Of a DNA stretch of 35,717 nucleotides, positions 16,680-23,663 are shown in pieces (the first letter of the stretch is position 1; the number at the start of each line of letters is the position of its first letter). The DNA comes from a virus. The DNA is taken from the IMG/VR virus record IMGVR_UViG_3300006099_000051; one strand, given 5' to 3'. The notes beneath the pieces were generated by a model. That model worked only from the letters and a program-made list of their open reading frames with translations, searched no databases and was not told the DNA's origin. Position numbers and translations under genes: made by a program.

Positions 16680-17366
16680 ATGGGAATTGAATTTAATGCA
16701 TCCAATGCCGGTTCGATGGCTTGGAAAGGCTTTAACACCCTGCTCGGCGCTGCCGGTACTGCTATGGGCGCAACAGCTTTGGGTTCAAAGACCAGCGAAG
16801 AAAAAGTTCGTGAAATTTTTCGCGAAGAAGTTGGCCGTTATGGCGGATATGGCCGTTCGGTAAATGATACTGTGGTTATTTCTCAGCCATGTTCTGAAAA
16901 TACTCACGTTACTCGTTTTGAGCTGGAACAGTCTCAACGCATTTCTGAACTCGAATCGTCTAAAGAGACGGATGCCAAAATTTTGGAAGTTTGGAAAGCT
17001 GCTGCTGCTTCAGACCAACGTCAGGATGAAAAATTTGCGCAACTGACAAAATCGCTGACTGATTATGTGATTGCCAATAATCGCGAAGTTGACGCGATTA
17101 GATGCGATGCTCGTTTGAACAATCAGGAAATCAGAGATAATCTGCGTTTCTTGGACTACAAGATTGATAATAATCAGCGCGAAATGTATGCGTATGTTGA
17201 TTGCAAGACTCTGCCGCTTGAGAAAAAGCTGCCGTTGTCTTCAATCTGTCCGCAGCCGATGCCCGGATGTGTACCTGTCGGTTTCGAAGGGCAAGTTGTT
17301 AATACAACTGCAACCGGTGAGACCAACACGGTTATTTCCGCTAATAAGGCTGCTGCACCTAAATAA
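16680..17366 (+). CDS. Hypothetical protein with an N-terminal glycine-zipper-like hydrophobic segment, a central coiled coil and a Cys/Pro-containing C-terminus
   Basis: RBS aggagaaaaagt upstream of the ATG at 16680. LLGAAGTAMGATALG, then long helical Q/E/R-rich segments. No family recognised. Confidence 0.65.
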   Translation: MGIEFNASNAGSMAWKGFNTLLGAAGTAMGATALGSKTSEEKVREIFREEVGRYGGYGRSVNDTVVISQPCSENTHVTRFELEQSQRISELESSKETDAKILEVWKAAAASDQRQDEKFAQLTKSLTDYVIANNREVDAIRCDARLNNQEIRDNLRFLDYKIDNNQREMYAYVDCKTLPLEKKLPLSSICPQPMPGCVPVGFEGQVVNTTATGETNTVISANKAAAPK

Positions 17367-17416
17367 CCTACAGAGCGGGCGGTTGCAGACAGTGCCGTCC
17401 GCTCTCCAAACGGAGA

Positions 17417-17755
17417 ATGAACATGAAAATTAGCCTAGAAAATGCCGTCAAGGCAACGAGCGAATATCTTAACAAAGAGTTTTCGGCAATGGGTGAGGAC
17501 AAAGACAAGAGATGGGCAGCGTTTGGAATGCATATGATCGCTGAATACAAGATGGCGACAGCCGGCACTAAAGCTTTAAAAATGCTGGATGATGGCACGG
17601 GATTTATTGATTTAGACGTTTTGGACGGCTTTATCGGTAAATATGCTGCGGATTTGCCTGACAAAAGTTTTGCTACTCTTTTGGGCGAAATAAAGATTAA
17701 AGCTGATACCCCGGCTGAATATTTGGAACATCTTAAAAAATACGGAGAAAATTAA
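17417..17755 (+). CDS. Hypothetical protein (112 aa)
   Basis: RBS acggaga. ORF with normal codon usage. No motif recognised. Confidence 0.6.
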   Translation: MNMKISLENAVKATSEYLNKEFSAMGEDKDKRWAAFGMHMIAEYKMATAGTKALKMLDDGTGFIDLDVLDGFIGKYAADLPDKSFATLLGEIKIKADTPAEYLEHLKKYGEN

Positions 17756-17952
17756 TGATGGACGTTAAAGTTGAAGAATTGCATGCCGAGCTGCATAAAG
17801 GCGTAAAAATGATTGTTGATGCTCTTGGTGATATGTGTCAACAGGAAAATGTTCCGGCTTCGTTCATGATGGATATGTCGGGTATTCTTAAAGACATGAG
17901 TAAGGTGGAAAAGAATTTGGCCGAAGCGGCATATTATGCCCGCAAAGCGTAA
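17755..17952 (+). CDS. Hypothetical protein (65 aa)
   Basis: TAATG start-stop overlap with the upstream gene. Predicted helical. Confidence 0.55.
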   Translation: MMDVKVEELHAELHKGVKMIVDALGDMCQQENVPASFMMDMSGILKDMSKVEKNLAEAAYYARKA

Positions 17953-17972
17953 TTATTATGGTTTGGACTAAC

Positions 17973-17997
17973 AGCCCGCAAGTATGCGGGCTTTTTT
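17973..17997 (+). terminator. Intrinsic terminator upstream of the lysis cassette
   Basis: agcccgca-agta-tgcgggct stem-loop followed by T6. Confidence 0.85.
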
Positions 17998-18010
17998 ATT
18001 GGAGTAAGCA

Positions 18011-18295
18011 ATGGACTATTTGGCTTTATTTGTTTCATTTTGTGCGGGAATTTGGAATGTGCTGCAAGATACGTCAAAATTAATTTCGAGAAAAGTATGC
18101 GCCTTTATGTTAGGCGCTATTTTTTGTTACGGCGCGGTTAAAATTGCCAGTTCTTACGGCTTGTCGCATGAAGCTGCAGCCTGTGTGGGGTATTTCTTGG
18201 GCGTATTGAGCATAACCATCTATGACGTCACTGTGCAGTGTTTGCATAAAATTCCCGTGATTTTTGAAAAAAGAATGGGAGGTAAACATGATTGA
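18011..18295 (+). CDS. Holin (about 3 TM)
   Basis: 94 aa with three hydrophobic segments and a charged C-terminus. It lies immediately upstream of, and overlaps, the endolysin gene. Confidence 0.7.
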   Translation: MDYLALFVSFCAGIWNVLQDTSKLISRKVCAFMLGAIFCYGAVKIASSYGLSHEAAACVGYFLGVLSITIYDVTVQCLHKIPVIFEKRMGGKHD

Positions 18296-18758
18296 TATGA
18301 GCGAAGCCGTGCAGCGTTTGACGTTGCACGAGGGAATCCGTTTGCAGCCTTATCGCTGTCCTAAGGGATATTTGACAATCGGGGTCGGTCGAAATTTAGA
18401 TACGAATCCGCTGACGCCGGAAGAAAAAAGGCTGTGCGGCGATTATATGCACGGAATTATTAAAGAGCAGGCTTTTTATTTGCTACGCAATGATATTCGC
18501 CGGGTGGTTAAAGAATGTGAGCAACATATTCCATTTTGGAATGAGTTGGATGACGAGCGACAATATGCGCTAGTTGATATGGCGTTTAATCTGGGCATAA
18601 AGGGATTGCTGGGGTTTAAGAAAATGCTGAGTTATTTAGGCGTTGGCAATTATATCAAAGCCGCTGCGGAATGTTTGGCATCGCGTTATGCCAAAGAAGT
18701 TGGACGGCGCGCCGTCAGAATCTCAGAAATTATCCGGACCGGCAAATTTAAGCTATGA
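18288..18758 (+). CDS. Endolysin, GH24 (T4-type) lysozyme
   Basis: RBS gggagg upstream of the ATG at 18288. LHEGIRLQPYRCPKGYLTIGVGRNL...RQYALVDMAFNLG carries the E...D...T lysozyme signature. Confidence 0.9.
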   Translation: MIDMSEAVQRLTLHEGIRLQPYRCPKGYLTIGVGRNLDTNPLTPEEKRLCGDYMHGIIKEQAFYLLRNDIRRVVKECEQHIPFWNELDDERQYALVDMAFNLGIKGLLGFKKMLSYLGVGNYIKAAAECLASRYAKEVGRRAVRISEIIRTGKFKL

Positions 18759-18768
18759 GGAGAGGAGT

Positions 18769-18987
18769 ATGGCTCATATTGTGCTTCGTTTGCTTGTTTG
18801 TAGTTTTATTCTGCTTGGAGCTTTTGGCTGCGGTTATTCTATTGGCCGCAGCCGGGCCGTTGTAAAAGAAATTGAAAAACGGGTGGAGGTGATTAAATAT
18901 GTGGAAAAGCAAAAGGCGGCTATTCATGCGAAGCCTAACGCTGGCCGCGATGAGCTGCTTAGCCTCATGCGCGCAGGTAAATTCTGA
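18769..18987 (+). CDS. i-spanin (Rz-like)
   Basis: RBS gaggagaggag upstream of the ATG at 18769. N-terminal TM LRLLVCSFILLGAFG, then a charged helical periplasmic part. Confidence 0.75.
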   Translation: MAHIVLRLLVCSFILLGAFGCGYSIGRSRAVVKEIEKRVEVIKYVEKQKAAIHAKPNAGRDELLSLMRAGKF

Positions 18988-19126
18988 TTACTGCCCGGTT
19001 TATCCGGTTGCCGGCGAGGCTGTGGCGGCGGAACTGGAAAAGGCCAACTATTCGGAATTTCCGAACACTTGGGAATGGCTGGGAAGAATTGATAAATTGA
19101 GGCAGGAGTTAGAGCTGTGTAAATAA
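18899..19126 (+). CDS. o-spanin (Rz1-like lipoprotein), overlapping the i-spanin gene
   Basis: Signal peptide with lipobox LASC. Short Pro-containing mature part. It starts inside the i-spanin gene in another frame. An alternative start is at 18926. Confidence 0.75.
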   Translation: MWKSKRRLFMRSLTLAAMSCLASCAQVNSDYCPVYPVAGEAVAAELEKANYSEFPNTWEWLGRIDKLRQELELCK

Positions 19127-19149
19127 TTTTATTTTTTTTGAAAAAAACA

Positions 19150-19178
19150 TTGACATTAATGATACTTTAAGGTATCAT
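19150..19178 (+). promoter_or_regulatory. Strong sigma70 promoter with an overlapping palindromic operator
   Basis: TTGACA (19150-19155), 17 nt, TATCAT (19173-19178). The inverted repeat ATGATAC-n6-GTATCAT (19159-19178) covers the spacer and the -10. Confidence 0.7.
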
Positions 19179-19234
19179 ATGTGTATAAGGAAGCCAGAGG
19201 GGCAAACCTTTTATAATCTAGAGGAGATTTTCAA

Positions 19235-19513
19235 ATGAAACTTTTTGATGGCGAAGAAATCGTTTACAGCATTTATGATCGTGCAGCCAATGAAGTTTGG
19301 TCTGTTTCTTATAAAACTTATGAAGCCGCCGAAGCTGAAGTCCAACAATATATCAAAGATGAAGTAGCTGGCGTACGCGAGCAAGATTATTCTGATATTG
19401 AAGAATTTGAAGAGGCAAAAGCCAATTTACAGGAAAGCCTTGAGTCTGATATTGAAATTTTTGAAGAGGGTGAATTTACTGCGTTAGGACGTGGTAATAA
19501 AATTAAGGAATAA
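19235..19513 (+). CDS. Small, strongly acidic protein (92 aa)
   Basis: RBS gaggag. About a quarter of the residues are D/E (EEFEEAKANLQESLESDIEIFEEGEF). No family recognised. Confidence 0.7.
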   Translation: MKLFDGEEIVYSIYDRAANEVWSVSYKTYEAAEAEVQQYIKDEVAGVREQDYSDIEEFEEAKANLQESLESDIEIFEEGEFTALGRGNKIKE

Positions 19514-19515
19514 CT

Positions 19516-19872
19516 ATGCGCGGTTATTTATCAGGAACAGAATATCGCGCCATCCGTGAAAGTTTGGGATTGACACAGGCAGAAGCCGCGGCTCTTCATG
19601 GACTTAAAGGTGTATTGACTATCAAACGCTGGGAAGCCGGGCGGAGCTATATATCAAAAGCTGCTTGTGATAAAATAGTGTCATTGTGCCGAAAATTTTA
19701 TACAGAGCAGGAAGAGCTATTTCGTTCTTTGAGAAAAAAAGAGGAGGAGATTGTTTTAACATTTCCTCCAGCGGGCGGGGATTTTATGGCTTCTCTTGAA
19801 AGAACAAAAATCAAAAATTTATATGTCCGTCTTAGATCTGAAGGGTATTGCGTGAGATTGGTAAAGTCTTAA
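19516..19872 (+). CDS. XRE-type HTH regulator (118 aa)
   Basis: LSGTEYRAIRESLGLTQAEAAALHGL...TIKRWEAGRSYISKAA is a typical HTH_XRE N-terminus. It starts 2 nt after the upstream stop. Confidence 0.75.
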   Translation: MRGYLSGTEYRAIRESLGLTQAEAAALHGLKGVLTIKRWEAGRSYISKAACDKIVSLCRKFYTEQEELFRSLRKKEEEIVLTFPPAGGDFMASLERTKIKNLYVRLRSEGYCVRLVKS

Positions 19873-19893
19873 TTTGCACAAAATTTGCACAAA
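19873..19893 (+). repeat. Tandem TTTGCACAAA repeats (putative integrase arm-type sites, left of the attP core)
   Basis: TTTGCACAAA at 19873-19882 and 19884-19893. The same TTGCACAA core occurs twice at 20107-20125. Confidence 0.6.
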
Positions 19894-19955
19894 GAACGAG
19901 GGATTTTGCTTTAATATATTGATAATAAATGATTAAATTCTCTGTGATTATAGTT

Positions 19956-20000
19956 CTGAAAATCCTCGTGTCGGCGGTTCGATCCCGTCCCCGAGCACCA
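19956..20000 (+). other. attP core: 3' half of a tRNA-Phe(GAA) gene (anticodon loop to CCA), not a complete tRNA
   Basis: CTGAAAATCCTCGTGTCGGCGGTTCGATCCCGTCCCCGAGCACCA parses as anticodon loop/stem, variable loop GTGTC, T-arm GGCGG-TTCGATC-CCGTC and acceptor 3' strand plus ACCA. No matching 5' half lies upstream. Confidence 0.8.
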
Positions 20001-20003
20001 TCT

Positions 20004-20029
20004 AAAAGCCTTGGTTTTCCAAGGCTTTT
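20004..20029 (+). terminator. Intrinsic terminator following the tRNA fragment
   Basis: aaaagccttgg-tttt-ccaaggctttt is a perfect 11-bp stem. Confidence 0.8.
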
Positions 20030-20106
20030 ATTGTATCTAAATGATAGCGGAGGTTTTTTTGTAAATGTTGTTTTGGGGCAAAAAATGCCGAGTCTTTTTG
20101 TTAAAG

Positions 20107-20125
20107 TTGCACAATTTTTGCACAA
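20107..20125 (+). repeat. TTGCACAA repeats (putative integrase arm-type sites, right of the attP core)
   Basis: TTGCACAA at 20107-20114 and 20118-20125, in the same orientation as the left pair. Confidence 0.6.
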
Positions 20126-20139
20126 AAACGAATCTGGTA

Positions 20140-21219
20140 TTAATCGATGAAAACTGAATCTAGTGCTTGACGTTTTTCATCGTCAAGCGTGTGCGCATAC
20201 TTTAATGTTGTATTGATATTAGCATGGCCTAAAAGTTCTTTTGTCGTTCTTAGATTTTTTGTTTTGCGCAAAACCCAAGTTGCAAAAGTATGGCGTAGTG
20301 TATGAAAGTTTGTGTAAGGCAAGGTTGGATCTTTCAATTCCCTACTAAAAGATTTTCTTGTGTTTCTTTTATAGAAAATATTGCGCCAAGCAGTAGAGAT
20401 GCTTTTGATTGGTTTATTTTTATAGTTAAAAACATAGTTATTAATTTTGGGTTGATTTTCAAGGATCGCCATTAAAGGCTTGGCAATTGGCATTGTGTGG
20501 ATTTTTCCTCCGGATTTTGTGGAATCCTTGACTTTCAATGTTATTTGTCCGGTGTTAAAATCTATTTCTGACCATTTAAGATTAAGGATGTTACTTTCGC
20601 GAAATCCTGTATAGAGTGCCGTATATATAATTGGCTTTAAATGATCCGCAGCTTTATCTATTATTCTTTGAGCATAATTCCAATCTTTCAGATATTTGAT
20701 ATTTTCAGCAGGTTCTTTAAGTTTAAATTTTGAAAGCCTGATGGGGTAAGTTTTTACTTTCCATTCTTCGTTTGCGGTTCTTAAAACGGCGGAAAGAAGG
20801 TAAAGATAGCGGTTTATTGTGGAATTGCTTAGTGTGCCGCGATTTTGAGTAATGAAGCTGTTTATTTGCAGTTCGGTAATTTCGTGTAAATAGTATATTT
20901 TTAAATCATGTTTGAGTTTTGATAAGCGGCTTAATCTTTGTTGGGGGAGAGTTAGATATTGGCCTTTTTCCTGAAAATAACGGGCAAACGCCTCGTCAAT
21001 GGTTATGCAGGGCAATTCACCATTGGCTTGTTGACGAGCTTTCTTTTGCAATTGCGCAATTCTCTTGATGCAATATTGGATTGCTTTTGCTTCATCCGTT
21101 GTTCGAGTAGTCTCTCTAAACTGTATTCTGGCTCCGTTTTCGTCAATATACGAGATATAGGCATGGTAGATGTCGCCTCTTTTGAACAATCTATATGGTT
21201 CGTTGTGTCGTTTTGCCAT
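20140..21219 (-). CDS. int: Tyrosine integrase
   Basis: 359 aa. The C-terminus HTLRHTFATWVL...LLGHANINTTLKYAH carries the R..HxxR..Y catalytic pattern. It is adjacent to the tRNA-derived attP. Confidence 0.95.
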   Translation of the reverse strand: MAKRHNEPYRLFKRGDIYHAYISYIDENGARIQFRETTRTTDEAKAIQYCIKRIAQLQKKARQQANGELPCITIDEAFARYFQEKGQYLTLPQQRLSRLSKLKHDLKIYYLHEITELQINSFITQNRGTLSNSTINRYLYLLSAVLRTANEEWKVKTYPIRLSKFKLKEPAENIKYLKDWNYAQRIIDKAADHLKPIIYTALYTGFRESNILNLKWSEIDFNTGQITLKVKDSTKSGGKIHTMPIAKPLMAILENQPKINNYVFNYKNKPIKSISTAWRNIFYKRNTRKSFSRELKDPTLPYTNFHTLRHTFATWVLRKTKNLRTTKELLGHANINTTLKYAHTLDDEKRQALDSVFID

Positions 21220-21389
21220 TTATCTAAACACCAGACGGGATAAAATTTTTTGCGCCCAATGAGTTTATATTCAATATCACCATTTTGGACGGCTTTTTCA
21301 AAGGAATAACGCGGAATACCAAGATAAGCCTGTGCTTCTTTAGCGTTTAAGACTCTCTTTATATTATTTTGACAAGTTTGTCGAATCAT
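21003..21389 (-). CDS. xis: Excisionase-type HTH protein (ORF extends 217 nt into int)
   Basis: LNAKEAQAYLGIPRYSFEKAVQNGDIEYKLIGRKKFYPVWCLDKW resembles the Xis/AlpA (HTH_17) family. It lies directly upstream of int. Confidence 0.7.
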   Translation of the reverse strand: MIRQTCQNNIKRVLNAKEAQAYLGIPRYSFEKAVQNGDIEYKLIGRKKFYPVWCLDKWQNDTTNHIDCSKEATSTMPISRILTKTEPEYSLERLLEQRMKQKQSNIASRELRNCKRKLVNKPMVNCPA

Positions 21390-21494
21390 TTTTAAAAGTC
21401 TCCGTTAAAAAGTTGAAAAGGTGGGGCGGTGGTTGTAGTCAACATGAGAGATTTTTAATGAGAAAACGCATAATAATAGCCGCCCCGTGGTTTT

Positions 21495-21668
21495 TTAATG
21501 TTTTGTTTGAAAATTGCGCTGTTGGCGCATGATGTGTTGAATTTGTGATAAAGAGCAGCCTTTTGCTGTTAATTTAGAAACAGTGGTGAAATCGTCAAAA
21601 GAAATGCCGAATTTTCTGTCTGTCTCTTCATCAACAAGGATTTGCCATGTTATTTCTGTTCTTATCAT
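21495..21668 (-). CDS. Small hypothetical protein (57 aa, below the track cutoff)
   Basis: Its ATG overlaps the upstream stop (TGATG). Sequence: MIRTEITWQILVDEETDRKFGISFDDFTTVSKLTAKGCSLSQIQHIMRQQRNFQTKH. Possible short HTH. Confidence 0.45.
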   Translation of the reverse strand: MIRTEITWQILVDEETDRKFGISFDDFTTVSKLTAKGCSLSQIQHIMRQQRNFQTKH

Positions 21669-21997
21669 CATTCCTCACTTTCACCAAGAGCGGTATTGAT
21701 ACGCTTTATTAAGTTTACAACACTATTATAAACTGTATCTGTATCAGGATTATAGGCTTCGGATTGAAGTTGTTTCCGACAATCTCTCAACAAATCTTTC
21801 ATGCTCTGCAGTTTTTTATAATTACAAGAAGCAAGGACTTCTAAATGATAAGAAACGGGATAAATTGTTCCGTCCACATCAAAGCTATTATCAATGTTTA
21901 GAAAAGCAGGCTTTGCTCCAATAAAGACAGGGCTTTTTACCCAATATCTTTCACATTTCAAAAGCTTTCCATCTTTCCAATCTTCTGTTAAACTCAT
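21668..21997 (-). CDS. Hypothetical early protein (109 aa)
   Basis: Translationally coupled on both sides (ATGA and TGATG overlaps). Confidence 0.65.
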   Translation of the reverse strand: MSLTEDWKDGKLLKCERYWVKSPVFIGAKPAFLNIDNSFDVDGTIYPVSYHLEVLASCNYKKLQSMKDLLRDCRKQLQSEAYNPDTDTVYNSVVNLIKRINTALGESEE

Positions 21998-22137
21998 TCT
22001 TCGTACTCCTCTTCTTCATCATTTACTTCATCAATAAGTTTAACCTCAACATCTGCTTCTTCGCCTAAATACTGCTCTACAACAAAAGCACTTACACAAT
22101 CTCCAGTTGTTACATCATAAATTGCATATTTATACAT
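21994..22137 (-). CDS. Small acidic hypothetical protein (47 aa)
   Basis: MYKYAIYDVTTGDCVSAFVVEQYLGEEADVEVKLIDEVNDEEEEYEE. Overlapping start and stop with both neighbours. Confidence 0.45.
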   Translation of the reverse strand: MYKYAIYDVTTGDCVSAFVVEQYLGEEADVEVKLIDEVNDEEEEYEE

Positions 22138-22316
22138 CACTTAATCTCCGCTATCTTTGCTAAAGCGATTTCCGCAAATCTAACATCCTCACTGATATTG
22201 TTTGTTTCATCTTCTATTTTGTATTTTTCCAAAGCATCCATCGCAATATCTAGCTTTTGTTGTAGTTCTTCTTTTTCATTTTCTAAAACGTCAACTCTTG
22301 CTTCATAAAAATTCAT
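22137..22316 (-). CDS. Small coiled-coil hypothetical protein (59 aa)
   Basis: MNFYEARVDVLENEKEELQQKLDIAMDALEKYKIEDETNN... Its stop overlaps the next ATG (TGATG). Confidence 0.45.
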   Translation of the reverse strand: MNFYEARVDVLENEKEELQQKLDIAMDALEKYKIEDETNNISEDVRFAEIALAKIAEIK

Positions 22317-22321
22317 TCTAC

Positions 22322-22552
22322 TTACTCCCTAATCTCAAACAAATCGTTGATATTAGCTTTGCTTTTGCCGATATATGTTTCAGTAGTATATCCCCATAAA
22401 AATGCTCCCTGAAAATCCTCAGTAATACAATAAGGATTGACAAAGTCAGATGTATTAATGACTATAGCTTTATACGTTCCTGCGTTAGGGTCATATATTT
22501 CCCATATATCGCCAACTTGTGGTTTATTTTCACTCACTTTCTCTACCCTCAT
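22322..22552 (-). CDS. Hypothetical early protein (76 aa)
   Basis: ORF in the coupled leftward gene string. No motif recognised. Confidence 0.6.
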   Translation of the reverse strand: MRVEKVSENKPQVGDIWEIYDPNAGTYKAIVINTSDFVNPYCITEDFQGAFLWGYTTETYIGKSKANINDLFEIRE

Positions 22553-22916
22553 AAAAAGTTACTTCATCTCTGCGTACGGGGCGGCACTTTTTAAACCCCA
22601 TATTGTTGTTATCTTCAAAAGGATATTCTTCATCCATGTTGACTGAGATTAGCAATCCTGTTTCTCTCCTTCCTAAGCCATTATCCCAAAGCCAGCACAG
22701 ACATTTATTTTTGATGATATAATCCCAATCAATAGGCTCTTGGTAAATTTCCCAATCATCCGCTGTTAATTCGTTAGGTTCTAAAAAGTAACTGTCACCG
22801 TATTCATCTTTTGCATACAATCCACATAATTTAATATATTTTTTCTCTCCCCAATCTTTTCGCCTAATCTTTGCCCCGTTTCTGAACTCGGGCAAAAGTT
22901 CTTCTAAATATGACAT
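22530..22916 (-). CDS. DUF2829 (Tad2-like) N-terminal domain protein
   Basis: The ATG at 22916 follows RBS ggaga. LLPEFRNGAKIRRKDWGEKKYIKL...LTADDWEIY matches the DUF2829 pattern (GKKxxRxxW...yi...DllAxDWei). Confidence 0.6.
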   Translation of the reverse strand: MSYLEELLPEFRNGAKIRRKDWGEKKYIKLCGLYAKDEYGDSYFLEPNELTADDWEIYQEPIDWDYIIKNKCLCWLWDNGLGRRETGLLISVNMDEEYPFEDNNNMGFKKCRPVRRDEVTFYEGRESE

Positions 22917-22920
22917 TGGC

Positions 22921-23055
22921 TTATCTCCATAAAATGGCAGCATGAACTACCGCGCCGAATAAGCAAACAACAAAAGCTGAAGCGCGCTTTTCTATAATAG
23001 CGATAACAACAAGTGCGCAAAACCATCCAAATACGAAACAATTAAAATCAAACAT
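22921..23055 (-). CDS. Small membrane protein (44 aa, below the track cutoff)
   Basis: RBS aaggag upstream of the ATG at 23055. MFDFNCFVFGWFCALVVIAIIEKRASAFVVCLFGAVVHAAILWR has two hydrophobic segments. Confidence 0.45.
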   Translation of the reverse strand: MFDFNCFVFGWFCALVVIAIIEKRASAFVVCLFGAVVHAAILWR

Positions 23056-23117
23056 TATTAATCTCCTTTATCTTTTTAGCGTCTACCTATTCCGCCACCC
23101 TCAAAATAGCTAAATAG

Positions 23118-23654
23118 TTAAAGCTTAACAGCGAGAACCGGCCTGACGTAGAGATTGTAATGGTACTTACTGCCGTAGGCCCTATAACCATACCTCATAG
23201 CGAATAGCCACGCATCGATAATATCGTACTCGGTAGAGGACCAATACCAGCTTTCCAGTTTTTCACCGTTTGCGGCTGTTAATCCGGCATTTACGTCCTC
23301 GATATTTAAGTGAATTAATGTTAACTCCCGGATGTCGGGGACGCGATATCCTTCAGGTAATTCTAACCCCATGGCTTTGTTCCAAGTAAATTCATCTTCG
23401 CAGTCTTCATCTTCAAAATCTTTTAGCGATACGAAAACGCCATAAAATCCGTCTTCTTTTTTGAGTTCTCCTGCGTATACGCCTTTGTCCGGGTAGTGTT
23501 TGCCAACTTCGTAGATTTTGCGCAGCTGCTCCATCGGCGTTTCGGACTGTTCCGCTTCTTTAGCCGGGATAATCAGTGCAAGTTCCGGATAGTCGCCGTG
23601 CATATGGGCGTTTAAAATTTCTTCATGGGTTTCAAGCATTATAACGTTTTTCAT
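23118..23654 (-). CDS. DUF1566 (Lcl C-terminal-like) domain protein, paralogue 1
   Basis: The C-terminus ...VPDIRELTLIHLN...WYWSSTEYDIIDAWLFAMRYG...YVRPVLAV matches the xWSSTE...AW...G...VRPV signature. Confidence 0.7.
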   Translation of the reverse strand: MKNVIMLETHEEILNAHMHGDYPELALIIPAKEAEQSETPMEQLRKIYEVGKHYPDKGVYAGELKKEDGFYGVFVSLKDFEDEDCEDEFTWNKAMGLELPEGYRVPDIRELTLIHLNIEDVNAGLTAANGEKLESWYWSSTEYDIIDAWLFAMRYGYRAYGSKYHYNLYVRPVLAVKL

Positions 23655-23663
23655 GGTAGAGTC

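Noticed and set aside
19956-20000. Possible functional tRNA-Phe gene
   Set aside because: Only the anticodon loop through CCA is present. The upstream sequence cannot form the 5' anticodon stem, D-arm or acceptor stem. I interpret it as the attP core.
21421-21496. GGGGCGG...CCGCCCC inverted repeat followed by T6 on the plus strand, between the early-left genes and xis
   Set aside because: The loop is about 50 nt and there are no plus-strand genes to terminate. On the minus strand no U-run follows. It is too weak to call a terminator or attenuator.
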